Below are positions 7,745 to 16,809 of a stretch of 64,000 nt of DNA, piece after piece. The stretch is from an uncultured Pseudomonadota bacterium. Lineage in GTDB: Bacteria > Myxococcota_A > UBA796 > SXON01. A program made the translations under genes and the position numbers. The stretch lies in the NCBI GenBank assembly GCA_903885375.1, contig CAISIK010000054.1, positions 3,403-67,402 of the forward strand, given 5' to 3'. Positions within the stretch are counted from its first letter, which is position 1, and every line of letters starts with the position of its first letter. A model generated the notes under the pieces. That model searched no databases and was not told the origin of the DNA. It saw nothing but the letters and a program-made list of their open reading frames with translations.

Positions 7745-8272
7745 ATGCTCGCGGCGCTGCTCGGGACCCACGGCTTCGGCCTTCCGGCCGGCCTCGCCGT
7801 CGTTCGTGATCCGTCGGCCGAGTGGGCGGCGGGGGCCGAGGCGCTCATCGCCGCGCTGCCGCCCGCCCTCTCCTGGCAGCACGCCGGAAGCACCGCGGTG
7901 CCCGGGCTGCCGGCCAAGCCGATCTGCGACCTGGTGGGGCTCGCCCCCACGGAGCAGGTGCTGGCCGAGTTGGTAGCTCCACTCGAAGCCCTCGGCTTCC
8001 TCGCGCTAGGAGAGTTCGGCATTCCCGGTCGGTCCTTCTTCCGCCTCCGCCGGGAGGGGGTGGACTACGCGCACCTGCACACCTACGTGACCGGCCACCC
8101 CGACGCCGAGAGCGTCCTCGCGTTCCGCGATGCGCTTCGCCGCGACACTGCGCTCCGCGATGCCTACGCGGCCACGAAGTTCGCGGCGCTGGCCGCGCAC
8201 CCCCAGAGTCGGGATGCGTACACCGCCGCCAAGGCGCCCTTCATCCGCAACCAGCTCCAACGGGGGCGCTGA
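7745..8272 (+). CDS. GrpB-family protein (UPF0157)
   Basis: 'HAGSTAVPGLPAKPICDLV' together with 'FRDALRRDTALRDAYAATK' are GrpB hallmarks. Confidence 0.8.
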   Translation: MLAALLGTHGFGLPAGLAVVRDPSAEWAAGAEALIAALPPALSWQHAGSTAVPGLPAKPICDLVGLAPTEQVLAELVAPLEALGFLALGEFGIPGRSFFRLRREGVDYAHLHTYVTGHPDAESVLAFRDALRRDTALRDAYAATKFAALAAHPQSRDAYTAAKAPFIRNQLQRGR

Positions 8273-8354
8273 CTCGCGGTGAGGCCCGCCCTGCCCCCGC
8301 CCGGCCCGGCCTACGCCCCCCCAAATCGGCAACCCGCACCCTCGCGGGAACGGC

Positions 8355-9350
8355 TCAGCCGATCGTGGCGAGCAGCTCGCGCTCCACCAACGCCACCGCC
8401 TCGGCCACGGGCAACGCGATCGACGCCCCGGCCGCCTTGGCATGGCCGCCACCGGCGGGGCTGATGCGCTTCGCGAGGGCCGACACGTCGACCTCGCCGC
8501 GCGACCGGAGCGACAGCTTGGTGCGCCCCGCGTTCTTCTCGATCACCAGCGCCGCGACCTCGATACCCTCGACGTGCTGGAGCGCATCCACGATGCCCTC
8601 CACATCTCCATCGTCGGCCCCCACGTCGGCCGCCACGGCGTGCGTGTACACGCCGATGAGCACCCGACCGCCCGCGACCAGGCGCGCGGCATCGCAAACC
8701 CGCGACTGCAGGCGCAGCCCGGCGAGGCGACGGTCCATCAGCACGCGCTCGCAGATGCGGTGGTGCTCGATGCCCAGCGAGAGCAGCTCCGCGGCCACGA
8801 GGTGCGTCTGCGCGTTGGTGTTGCTGTAGCGGAAGGCGCCCGTGTCGAAGATGATGCCGGTGTAGAGGTGCTCGGCGAACGCGCGGTCGAGCGGAACCTC
8901 CCAGGCGGCCAGCAGCTTGCGCACCATCACGCAGGTGCTCTCGGTGGTGGGCTCGAGCCAGGGGAGGGTGTACCCCGAGAGGTCGCTCGATCGGTGATGG
9001 TCGATGAGGCCCGTCCAGCGGGCGCTCGCGAAGGCCTCGGCCACGCGCGGCGGCAGGCGCGTGCGGTCGCCATCGAGCACCACCACGCCATCGTACGCGC
9101 CCACGCGCGCATCCGGGAGCATGGCCTCGCTGCCGACGAGAAACTCGTACCGGGAGCCAGGGGAGCCCGCCACGTCCACCCGCAGGCCGGGCGCCACGAT
9201 GCGGAGCGCCCGCTGCAGCGCGAGACAGGCGCCGATGCTGTCCCCATCGGGGCCCTCGGGGCCGGTGAGGAGCACGCTGGAGCTCTGGCGGAACGCGGCG
9301 AGGAAGGCGTCGGACGGGATCAAGGGCAGGGGCCGGGAAGCTGGCGGCAT
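8355..9350 (-). CDS. DHH/DHHA1 phosphoesterase (NrnA-like oligoribonuclease/pAp phosphatase)
   Basis: Internal ATG at 9350 of ORF 8355..10223. Motifs seen are 'GPDGDSIG', 'VVLDGD', 'LIDHHRSS' (DHH) and 'GGGHAKAAG' (DHHA1). Confidence 0.8.
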   Translation of the reverse strand: MPPASRPLPLIPSDAFLAAFRQSSSVLLTGPEGPDGDSIGACLALQRALRIVAPGLRVDVAGSPGSRYEFLVGSEAMLPDARVGAYDGVVVLDGDRTRLPPRVAEAFASARWTGLIDHHRSSDLSGYTLPWLEPTTESTCVMVRKLLAAWEVPLDRAFAEHLYTGIIFDTGAFRYSNTNAQTHLVAAELLSLGIEHHRICERVLMDRRLAGLRLQSRVCDAARLVAGGRVLIGVYTHAVAADVGADDGDVEGIVDALQHVEGIEVAALVIEKNAGRTKLSLRSRGEVDVSALAKRISPAGGGHAKAAGASIALPVAEAVALVERELLATIG

Positions 9351-9419
9351 TATCCGCCGGCGCCACGGGCGCAAGACGCCTCCGTGCGTTAGAAGCCCGC
9401 TCCTTAACGACGGAAGAAG

Positions 9420-11288
9420 ATGATCGACCCCGAAACCGCGCCCGAGGGCGCGGAGGCCGCGGCCCCCAAGGCGCCCGCCCGCAGTGACTACAAGAGCGAC
9501 CGCACCTTTGCGGATTTCCCCATCTCCCCCGCCGCCCTTCAGGCGCTCGGCGACATGGGCTACGTCAACGCCACCCCGGTGCAGGCCGCCACGATCGAGC
9601 CGGCCCTCGCGGGCAAGGACCTGATCGTCCGCGCCAAGACCGGCACCGGCAAGACCACGGCCTTCGGCCTCCCGATGATCGAACGGGTCGAAGCCGGCGC
9701 CCGCGCCACGCAGGCCCTCGTGCTCACCCCCACCCGCGAGCTCGCCGTGCAGGTGGCCCAGGAAGTGGCGCTGCTCGCGAAGTACCGGGATGTCCGCATC
9801 ACCGCGATCTACGGCGGTGTCGGCTTCCCCCCCCAGGAAGATGCGCTTCGTGCCGGCAGCGAGATCGTGGTCGGCACGCCCGGCCGCCTGCTCGACCACA
9901 TCCGTCGCGGCAACCTCAAGCTCGACCAGACCCGCGTAGTGGTGCTGGATGAAGCCGACGAGATGCTCTCGATGGGCTTCTTCGAGGATGTGCGGAAGAT
10001 CGTGGGCGCCTGCGCCCCCGACCGGCAGACGATGCTGTTCTCCGCCACGCTCGATGAGTCGCTGCGTGGCTTCGCGAACAACTACATGAAGAGCCCCGAG
10101 GACCTGCACCTGAGCGCCGATGGCGACAACGTGCACCTCATCCAGCACTTCCTGTACGAGACCTCGCCCGACTACCACAAGGCCCGCGCGCTGCTCGATC
10201 TGATCGAGCTCGAGCGCCCGCACTCGGCGATCATCTTCTGCAACACACGCGAAGATGTATCAACCGTCTACACCTACCTCGATCGTCAGGGTCTGGGCGT
10301 GGAGATGCTCTCGGGCGAGCTCGCCCAGAAGCAGCGCGAGCGCGTGATGGCGCGGATCAAGGGCGGCGCGGTGCAGTTCCTCGTGAGCACCGACGTGGCG
10401 GCCCGCGGGATCGACATCAGCAACCTCTCGCACGTCATCCACTACGCGCTCCCGGAAGATGCGTCGGTGTACCTGCACCGCTCGGGCCGTACCGGCCGAA
10501 TCGGCAACGAAGGCACGGTCATCGTGCTTGCCGGTGGCGCCGACTTCTCCACGCGGCTCACGCTGGAGCGCCAGCACAAGATCAAGTTCGAGCTGAAGGT
10601 GCTCCCCACGGGTGAGGAGAGCGCCAAGCTCCGGACCGACCGCTTCGTGCGCATGGTGAAGGAAGCCTCCGGCACCATGGTGTACGACTCGATGCTCGAT
10701 GCCGCCAAGGCGATCAAGCAGCGGCCCGACGCGGACATGCTCATCGCCGTGGCGCTCAAGGCGTTCATGGAGTGGGATCGCAAGCGGAAGTTCGCGGCGG
10801 CCGATGCCGCGGCCGACGAGGCGGGCGAGGAGCGCCCCGAGCGTACCGAGCGCCCCCCCCGGCGCGATGAAGGTCCGCGCGGCGGCGGTCGGGATCGGAA
10901 CGACCGGCCGGGTGGTCGCCCCGACCGCGGCGATCGCCGCGATGCCGGCCCGCGGGATGGTCGTCGCGAAGGCGGTCGCGAGGGCGGTCGCGAGGGTGGC
11001 CGTGATGGCCAGCGGCGCGATGAGGCCCGTCCCCCGCGCCCCGAGCGTGTGGAAACCCGCGAGCACACCCCCCGTCCGGTGGCGGAGGTCGCGCCGAAGG
11101 CCGAGATCGCGCCCCAGAGCGAGGGTGCCGAGGGTGGCGAGGGCGGTGCAGAGGGCGCCGCCTCCAAGCGGCGGCGTCGTCGGCGGCGCAGCGGCGGTCG
11201 CGGTGAAGGTGGCGGCTCCGAGGGCGCCGGCTCCGAAGGCGGCGGCTCCGAGGGCGGCGGCTCCGAAGGCGGCGGCTCCGAGGACTGA
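9420..11288 (+). CDS. DEAD-box ATP-dependent RNA helicase with a long Arg/Gly/Asp-rich and GGSEG-repeat C-terminal tail
   Basis: Q-motif 'ATPVQAATI', Walker A 'AKTGTGKT', 'VLDEADEM', 'SAT', 'HRSGRTGR'. The tail reads 'GGREGGREGGREGG...GGSEGGGSEGGGSED'. Confidence 0.92.
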   Translation: MIDPETAPEGAEAAAPKAPARSDYKSDRTFADFPISPAALQALGDMGYVNATPVQAATIEPALAGKDLIVRAKTGTGKTTAFGLPMIERVEAGARATQALVLTPTRELAVQVAQEVALLAKYRDVRITAIYGGVGFPPQEDALRAGSEIVVGTPGRLLDHIRRGNLKLDQTRVVVLDEADEMLSMGFFEDVRKIVGACAPDRQTMLFSATLDESLRGFANNYMKSPEDLHLSADGDNVHLIQHFLYETSPDYHKARALLDLIELERPHSAIIFCNTREDVSTVYTYLDRQGLGVEMLSGELAQKQRERVMARIKGGAVQFLVSTDVAARGIDISNLSHVIHYALPEDASVYLHRSGRTGRIGNEGTVIVLAGGADFSTRLTLERQHKIKFELKVLPTGEESAKLRTDRFVRMVKEASGTMVYDSMLDAAKAIKQRPDADMLIAVALKAFMEWDRKRKFAAADAAADEAGEERPERTERPPRRDEGPRGGGRDRNDRPGGRPDRGDRRDAGPRDGRREGGREGGREGGRDGQRRDEARPPRPERVETREHTPRPVAEVAPKAEIAPQSEGAEGGEGGAEGAASKRRRRRRRSGGRGEGGGSEGAGSEGGGSEGGGSEGGGSED

Positions 11289-11335
11289 GCGATGGCGGCG
11301 GCCGAGGGCGCATGGCCCCCGCTCGCCGGCTCCGC

Positions 11336-12658
11336 TCAATCGTTCGTTTCACCCTCCGCCCGCAGCCGGGCCCGCGCGTTCTCCGGCAGCTCCTCGAAGG
11401 GCGATGGGATCGCCAGCGGGTGCAGCGTGGGGAGGTAGTCGCCCAGTTGCGTCCGCGCTTCTTCCCAACCGGCGAGCACCGCCACCCGCATGCGGACCTC
11501 GGCCGTCGAGGCGCCCCGCTGGGGCTCGTGGTGCCCGCGCACCACGCGCACGACCGCGGGCGGGAGGCCCCAGTCCTGGACAACCTCCGCGCCGATCGCC
11601 TCGTGCCGCACGGCGATCCGCGGAGAGACCTCGGTGAGGATGCGAACCGGATCGCCTCCGGCGCGGAGCACCCGCCACAGCATCGTGAGCTCCCCGATGT
11701 TGTGAAGCAGGCCGCCGAGGTAGGCGTCATCCGGGGAGACGCCGCCGTACCACTCGGCGAGTCGCCGGGACAGCCGTGCCGTCAGGCCAGCGCTCTGCCA
11801 GACCGAAGCGAGGACGGCTGCCGCACGCGGATCGGGAACCACGAAGGAGTCGCGAAGCATGCGCTCGAGCAGCACCGCCAGCGACTGCCGGACTCCGAGG
11901 CGCACGATGGCCTCGCGGAGGGAGGCGATCGGCAGAGGTGAGCGGTAGTAGGCGGAGTTGCTCGCGGTGATCAGCGCGGCGAAGAGACCGGGCTCGGAGG
12001 CGACGAGCCGCTCCACATCGTTCGCGTCGCAGTCCTCCCGCCCGAGGAGCTGCTGCAGGTCGGACAGTCGCGACCCGAAAACGGGGAGGTCGTCGTGGCC
12101 CGCAGCACCCGCGAACACGGCCCCCACCTGTGGCGGCGCGGCCGGGGGAGGGGCGACGGTGAGGACGGGCTCCGGCCTGGGCGCCGGCCTCGCCAACCCG
12201 AGCTGCCGTTCCAACAGCTCGGCCGCGCGCCCGCCAGCAAGGGACCGCAAAAGCTCACCGCGCTCTGTCGGCTTCCGGATCGCCGCGATCCCGATCCGGT
12301 CGGCCGCCGCGTCGTTCCCGAGCGCCTCGCGGCTGCGTTCGAGGGCAGCTTGCAGGCCGGACGCGCCGGCGTTCCGGCTGACCAGCACCACCCTGGCGAG
12401 GCTCCCGAGCGCCGCGCCCATCGGTCCCTCCGGGTCGCCGAAAACGACAACCTTGCCGTCGCAGTTCGCCAGAACACGCTGCAGGTGCCCCCATGCCGGA
12501 ACGACCTCACCGCCCCATGCCACCACCGGGATGGCGCCCGGCGAGGGGCCACCCGCCGCGATCTCCACGCGGGCGCCGGCCGCCTTCAGGCAACGGAACA
12601 ACTCCACCGCCGCGATGGCATCACCGCCCAGGTACGACCACGTCGCCTCCGCGCTCAT
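11336..12658 (-). CDS. HDOD-domain signalling protein with an N-terminal receiver-like domain
   Basis: 'LVASEPGLFAALITASNSAYYRSPLPIASLREAIVRLG' and 'LLHNIGELTMLW' are HDOD signatures. The ATG overlaps the upstream stop (ATGA at 12655-12658). Confidence 0.75.
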   Translation of the reverse strand: MSAEATWSYLGGDAIAAVELFRCLKAAGARVEIAAGGPSPGAIPVVAWGGEVVPAWGHLQRVLANCDGKVVVFGDPEGPMGAALGSLARVVLVSRNAGASGLQAALERSREALGNDAAADRIGIAAIRKPTERGELLRSLAGGRAAELLERQLGLARPAPRPEPVLTVAPPPAAPPQVGAVFAGAAGHDDLPVFGSRLSDLQQLLGREDCDANDVERLVASEPGLFAALITASNSAYYRSPLPIASLREAIVRLGVRQSLAVLLERMLRDSFVVPDPRAAAVLASVWQSAGLTARLSRRLAEWYGGVSPDDAYLGGLLHNIGELTMLWRVLRAGGDPVRILTEVSPRIAVRHEAIGAEVVQDWGLPPAVVRVVRGHHEPQRGASTAEVRMRVAVLAGWEEARTQLGDYLPTLHPLAIPSPFEELPENARARLRAEGETND

Positions 12659-13917
12659 TCCCCGCCCGCAAAGTGCGCCGCGCACATCCGAGCCAATCGG
12701 GACCGGGTGGTCGCCGACGCGCCCATCTCGTCGAGCACCTCGGTGGCGTCGACCTCGGTCTGCTCCTCGATCACGTCGCCGAGGACCTCGCGGGCGATTC
12801 CCCAGGCAGCGAGCACCACGTGGCGGGCCACGACGTCGGTGTTCGGCTCCCCGGGGCGCACCCCGTGGTGGTACCCGGCCATGTTCTGCACGATCGGCGG
12901 CAACCCCCAGGCGCTCGCCGTGGCCCTGCCCACCGCTTCGTGCTCACGGGCCACCAGCAGCGACAGCTGGTGGAGGGCCTCCGGCGACGCGTCTCCCCCG
13001 TGCTGGAAATGCCGCCACACGAGGACCATCTCGCCGAGGTTGTGGAGCAGGGCCGCCACGTACAGCTCCTCGGGGCGGGGCAGCACCTCCGACTCGGCGA
13101 TGCACCTGCCCAGATCGCCCGTGAGCATCGCAGTCTTCCACAGCTGCTGCAGGAGCGCCTGCCCCCGTGGCCGGGCCACGTTGAGCCCCCGGGCCACCGT
13201 GGAGGCCACCATGACCGAGAACACATGCTGCATGCCCATGCGCACGATGGCATCGCGGAGGTTGTTCACCATGCGCGGCGATCGGTACTGGGCGGAGTTG
13301 CTCGCGCGAATCACGGCGGCCACCAGGGCGGGATCGTGGATGATCGCCTTCTCCACGTCCATCACCCCCACGTTCGGCTGGGCGCGCAACCGTTCGATAC
13401 GGGCGATCGTGTCTCCCACCGCGGGGAAGTCGGCCTGCGCGCCGGCCGCCGGCTTCACCAGCGGGTTGGCCGCAACGGGCGGCGCGACGGTTGCCTTCAC
13501 CAGCGGCGAAACGGACGAAACCGCGGCGACCCGCAGGGGCGCAGGCGCAGCCGCCGCGATTGGGCGGGAAGCGGGAAGGCCGCCTGCGGCCAGACGACCT
13601 GCAGCGCCAATCACGCCGGCTCCGCCCTCATCCGGCAGGACCACCTGCACGCCGCCGGCCCGCATCAGGGTGAGGGCCGTGCGCACGTCGAGGTCGCCGA
13701 GCACCACCACCTGGAGCTCGGCATGCGCGGCACGAACCCGCTCGAACGCCGCGAGAGCGTTGGCCGGGTCGGCCGAAACGGGAACGACCAGCGTACCCTT
13801 GTAGTTCGGCGCCGCGCCGAGGTGAACCGTCGCGCCGGCGGCGCCCAGCTGCCCGAGCAGGCCGAACAGCTCCGGTCCGACCTCTCCAAGGAGCGCGAGC
13901 TGGATCGGGTCGGACAT
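12655..13917 (-). CDS. HDOD-domain signalling protein with an N-terminal receiver-like domain (paralogue of 11336..12658)
   Basis: 'IIHDPALVAAVIRASNSAQYRSPRMVNNLRDAIVRMG' and 'LLHNLGEMVLVW'. Start chosen at 'MSDPIQLALLG'. Confidence 0.75.
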   Translation of the reverse strand: MSDPIQLALLGEVGPELFGLLGQLGAAGATVHLGAAPNYKGTLVVPVSADPANALAAFERVRAAHAELQVVVLGDLDVRTALTLMRAGGVQVVLPDEGGAGVIGAAGRLAAGGLPASRPIAAAAPAPLRVAAVSSVSPLVKATVAPPVAANPLVKPAAGAQADFPAVGDTIARIERLRAQPNVGVMDVEKAIIHDPALVAAVIRASNSAQYRSPRMVNNLRDAIVRMGMQHVFSVMVASTVARGLNVARPRGQALLQQLWKTAMLTGDLGRCIAESEVLPRPEELYVAALLHNLGEMVLVWRHFQHGGDASPEALHQLSLLVAREHEAVGRATASAWGLPPIVQNMAGYHHGVRPGEPNTDVVARHVVLAAWGIAREVLGDVIEEQTEVDATEVLDEMGASATTRSRLARMCAAHFAGGE

Positions 13918-14064
13918 CTTCGGCGGTTCCGGGAAAGGTATGCCCCACCATTCGGCAGAATGCCGTACGAAATGAAGGGCCCGGCTCGCCCGGTTTTGGG
14001 CCACTCCGCCCCGATCGCGCCGGCGACGCGATCGTGGGGGCGCAGCCTCCCCAAGAATTGCCAG

Positions 14065-14577
14065 TCAGTTTGTCGCACCCCCACCTCGTACGCGCTCAAT
14101 GTGGGCGAGCAGGCGTTCGAGAAGCGCCGCCTCCGTGGCCCCACCCAGCGCGTCGTCTTCCACGAGCGCCCGGAGCAGGCGGAGCCGCTCCCGCGGCTCC
14201 ACGCCGTGCCACGGATCCCCCTCGCCCGCCTCGGCCTCGGGCGTCGTTGCTGCGGCCGCGCCCACCCCGATCCGGTCGAGCAGGAGGCGGGTGAGCGCGA
14301 GTAGCTCCGGCTCCAGTTCGGGGTCGGCGCCCGGAACAGGTGAGGCCGGCGGCAGCGTCCTGGCGAGCGTCGCCCCACGGCTCCGCTGCTCGGGCGTGAG
14401 CAGCAGCCCCAGCGGTCCCGTCCAGTTGGGGTCGACCTGCCCTCCCGCAGGCCCCGCCTGCGCGGGGGGGGCCTTGGCGCGGAGCCCGTCGAGCTCCTCC
14501 AGCAGCCTCGGCACGGCGACCGCTCGCCAGACCACCAGCAGGAGGAGGACCCCCACCGCGCGCTGGAGGGCGCTCAC
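14065..14577 (-). CDS. Hypothetical membrane-anchored protein
   Basis: N-terminal hydrophobic segment 'VGVLLLLVVWRAV'. The start overlaps the upstream stop. Confidence 0.4.
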   Translation of the reverse strand: MSALQRAVGVLLLLVVWRAVAVPRLLEELDGLRAKAPPAQAGPAGGQVDPNWTGPLGLLLTPEQRSRGATLARTLPPASPVPGADPELEPELLALTRLLLDRIGVGAAAATTPEAEAGEGDPWHGVEPRERLRLLRALVEDDALGGATEAALLERLLAHIERVRGGGATN

Positions 14578-16781
14578 CGCACCACCTGCACGCGGGTGAG
14601 CTCCAGCCCCGCAGCCCCCTCACCCGCTGCCAGCGAGAGCGTGACGTTGCCGCTCTCCACGACAGGCACCCGCACCCACGACCAGGCGTCCACCCGCGCG
14701 TCGATCCGCACCTCCCGCCGTCCAGCGGCGGACTCCACCGCCAGCGTGGGCAGCGGCCGCTCGCCGGCGCGGACCCAGAAGGAGACCTGCGAGGCGCTCC
14801 CCTCGTAGAGCTCGAACGCCTCGCCCCCCGCGACCACGAGCGGCAGTCCCAGCCGGGCCGAGTCGATGGGCAGCACGAGGTCGAGGACGTCGGCGCCCGT
14901 GTCGACCCAACGCTCCGGCATCGGGCTGTCGGCCTCCGGGAGCTCGAACACGCGCAGGCCGTCTTCCTCGAGGATGGGCTGGCCGAGCGCCCACTCCAGG
15001 AGCCGGACCGCGGGCTCGCCCACGAAGTCCGCCGTGATGTCGCGCGAGGCGAGGTGGGCGTCGGCGGTGTCCACGCGGGTGTGCTGGATCACGTAGCGGA
15101 ACCCATCCCGCCGGGCCGCCGCCACGTCGACGCCCGCGAAAGCGAGGGAGCCCCGCTTCCGGCCGAGGTCGAGGAGCGTGCCGAGGAAGCTGTTGGCCTC
15201 CACGTAGCCGACAAAAGCGAAGAGGTCGGTGCGACGGATGAGCTGGTTGCAGTTGAGCAGGGGCTGTCCGTGGACGATCTGCGCGTACTGGAAGCGGGCG
15301 TTGGCCACGGTCAGCGGCTGGTACTGCAAGGGCAGCTCCACCACGCCGCCGCGTGGCAACGCCGCCAACGCGGTGTACGCCGGCGAGACCGCAGCGTCGG
15401 CGAGCGGCCGCCACATCGGCGCATCCCCGTTCCAGGCCGGCTGGCTCACGGCCACCAGCACGAGCACGGCCACCAACGACCGCGCCGGGAACCGACGCCG
15501 CTCCGCTTCGAGCGCGGCCAGACCGGCCGCCGCGAGCGCCGCCAGCGCCACGAGCGCCACCACCCCGATGCGGTAGGGGCGGTAGGCCTTGGAGAAGAAC
15601 GGAACGTACTGGTAGAACCAGAAGTAGGGCAGCGGCCAGGCGGCGGCGGTCCCGGAGATCGGCGGGGTGTCGTCGATGCGCAGGAAGGGGCCGAGCGTGA
15701 GCACGGTGGCGCCGAGCAGGATGGCCCCCCAGCCCCACCCGCGGCGGCCCGCGGCGGCGAGCCCGACCAGACCGACCGCGTACGCAAACGCGCCGGGCGT
15801 GGAGTCGAGCGGGTTCAGCGAGAAGCGTGCGGCGAGCAGGGAGACCAACTGCGTGGAGTTGTCCACGACCTGGAGCGCGTCCTGCTCCTCGAGGAAGGGT
15901 TCGTTCAGCGCCGAGAGCGGCAGGAGGCCGTCAGAGAAGGCCACCTTCTCCGCCCACGGCTCGGGCTCCTGCATGAGTGCGAGGTCGAGCGGCGGGCGCG
16001 TGGGCGTTTCCCGGCGGACCAGCGGGACCAGCGGCGCGTCGAGCGCGGCGGCGAGCGCCATCGCACCGAGCAACCAGGCGGCGGCGCGGTGGCGGCCCAC
16101 CACGAGCTGCCAGGCCACGATGCCGAGCCCGAGCATCCCCGTGAAGAGGGTGTAGTACCAGTTGAACGGCCCGACGATGGCCAGGGAGGCCGCGCACAAG
16201 AGCGCGGAGCGCCAGCCGGGGGAGCGGACCAGCCACACCGCCGTGGCGGCAAACCAGGGGATCATGCCGGCCGCCACGAGCTCGATGCACCCGGCGGCGC
16301 CCTCGCCATAGAGGTAGGGCGAGGTCATGAAGACCACCCCGGCGAGCCAGCCGCCCCGGTGGCCCCCGTGCAGCGTGCGGCCCAGGACGTGCGCGCCGAG
16401 CCCGGACCCCGCGAGCCCCACCAAGAGCAGGGTGTTGTAGGCCGTCACCAGCGGCATCCCGAGCAGCATCAACCCCACGCCGAGGGCCTGGAGCGCCGCA
16501 TGTCCGAACGACCAGAGGTTGTAGCCGACGGGAAAGAGAATGCTGTCGGTCGTGGCGCTCAGCGTGCCCGCCACGATGTGGGCGTGCAGGTGGTCCATCA
16601 GCCACAGGGTGGTCCAGGCGTCGAACCGGTCGCCCCAGATGTGCGTGGTGAACTGGGCAGGAAGGGGCCACAGGAAGGCGGACGCGCAGAGCAGGTAGCC
16701 AAGGCACACCCCCAGCCACGGGAGGAGCTGCTGTCGCGCGGGGGGCAGGACGCGGTCGGACACCGACGGATTCTTGCACAT
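14574..16781 (-). CDS. Large polytopic membrane protein (GT-C/YfhO-like putative glycosyltransferase)
   Basis: Start chosen at 'MCKNPSVS' (cat at 16779-16781). There are about 10 or more hydrophobic helices followed by a roughly 300-aa soluble C-terminal domain. The family assignment is tentative. Confidence 0.5.
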   Translation of the reverse strand: MCKNPSVSDRVLPPARQQLLPWLGVCLGYLLCASAFLWPLPAQFTTHIWGDRFDAWTTLWLMDHLHAHIVAGTLSATTDSILFPVGYNLWSFGHAALQALGVGLMLLGMPLVTAYNTLLLVGLAGSGLGAHVLGRTLHGGHRGGWLAGVVFMTSPYLYGEGAAGCIELVAAGMIPWFAATAVWLVRSPGWRSALLCAASLAIVGPFNWYYTLFTGMLGLGIVAWQLVVGRHRAAAWLLGAMALAAALDAPLVPLVRRETPTRPPLDLALMQEPEPWAEKVAFSDGLLPLSALNEPFLEEQDALQVVDNSTQLVSLLAARFSLNPLDSTPGAFAYAVGLVGLAAAGRRGWGWGAILLGATVLTLGPFLRIDDTPPISGTAAAWPLPYFWFYQYVPFFSKAYRPYRIGVVALVALAALAAAGLAALEAERRRFPARSLVAVLVLVAVSQPAWNGDAPMWRPLADAAVSPAYTALAALPRGGVVELPLQYQPLTVANARFQYAQIVHGQPLLNCNQLIRRTDLFAFVGYVEANSFLGTLLDLGRKRGSLAFAGVDVAAARRDGFRYVIQHTRVDTADAHLASRDITADFVGEPAVRLLEWALGQPILEEDGLRVFELPEADSPMPERWVDTGADVLDLVLPIDSARLGLPLVVAGGEAFELYEGSASQVSFWVRAGERPLPTLAVESAAGRREVRIDARVDAWSWVRVPVVESGNVTLSLAAGEGAAGLELTRVQVVR

Positions 16782-16809
16782 CGAAGCCGGTATCGGTAGG
16801 CTCGCACGG

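Noticed and set aside
6972-7976. A 334-aa ORF (and the overlapping 7085..7882(-) 265-aa ORF) filling the gap between tmRNA and grpB.
   Set aside because: The translations are extreme Pro/Arg/Ala low-complexity sequence with no motif. The 3' part overlaps the well-supported GrpB gene in another frame.
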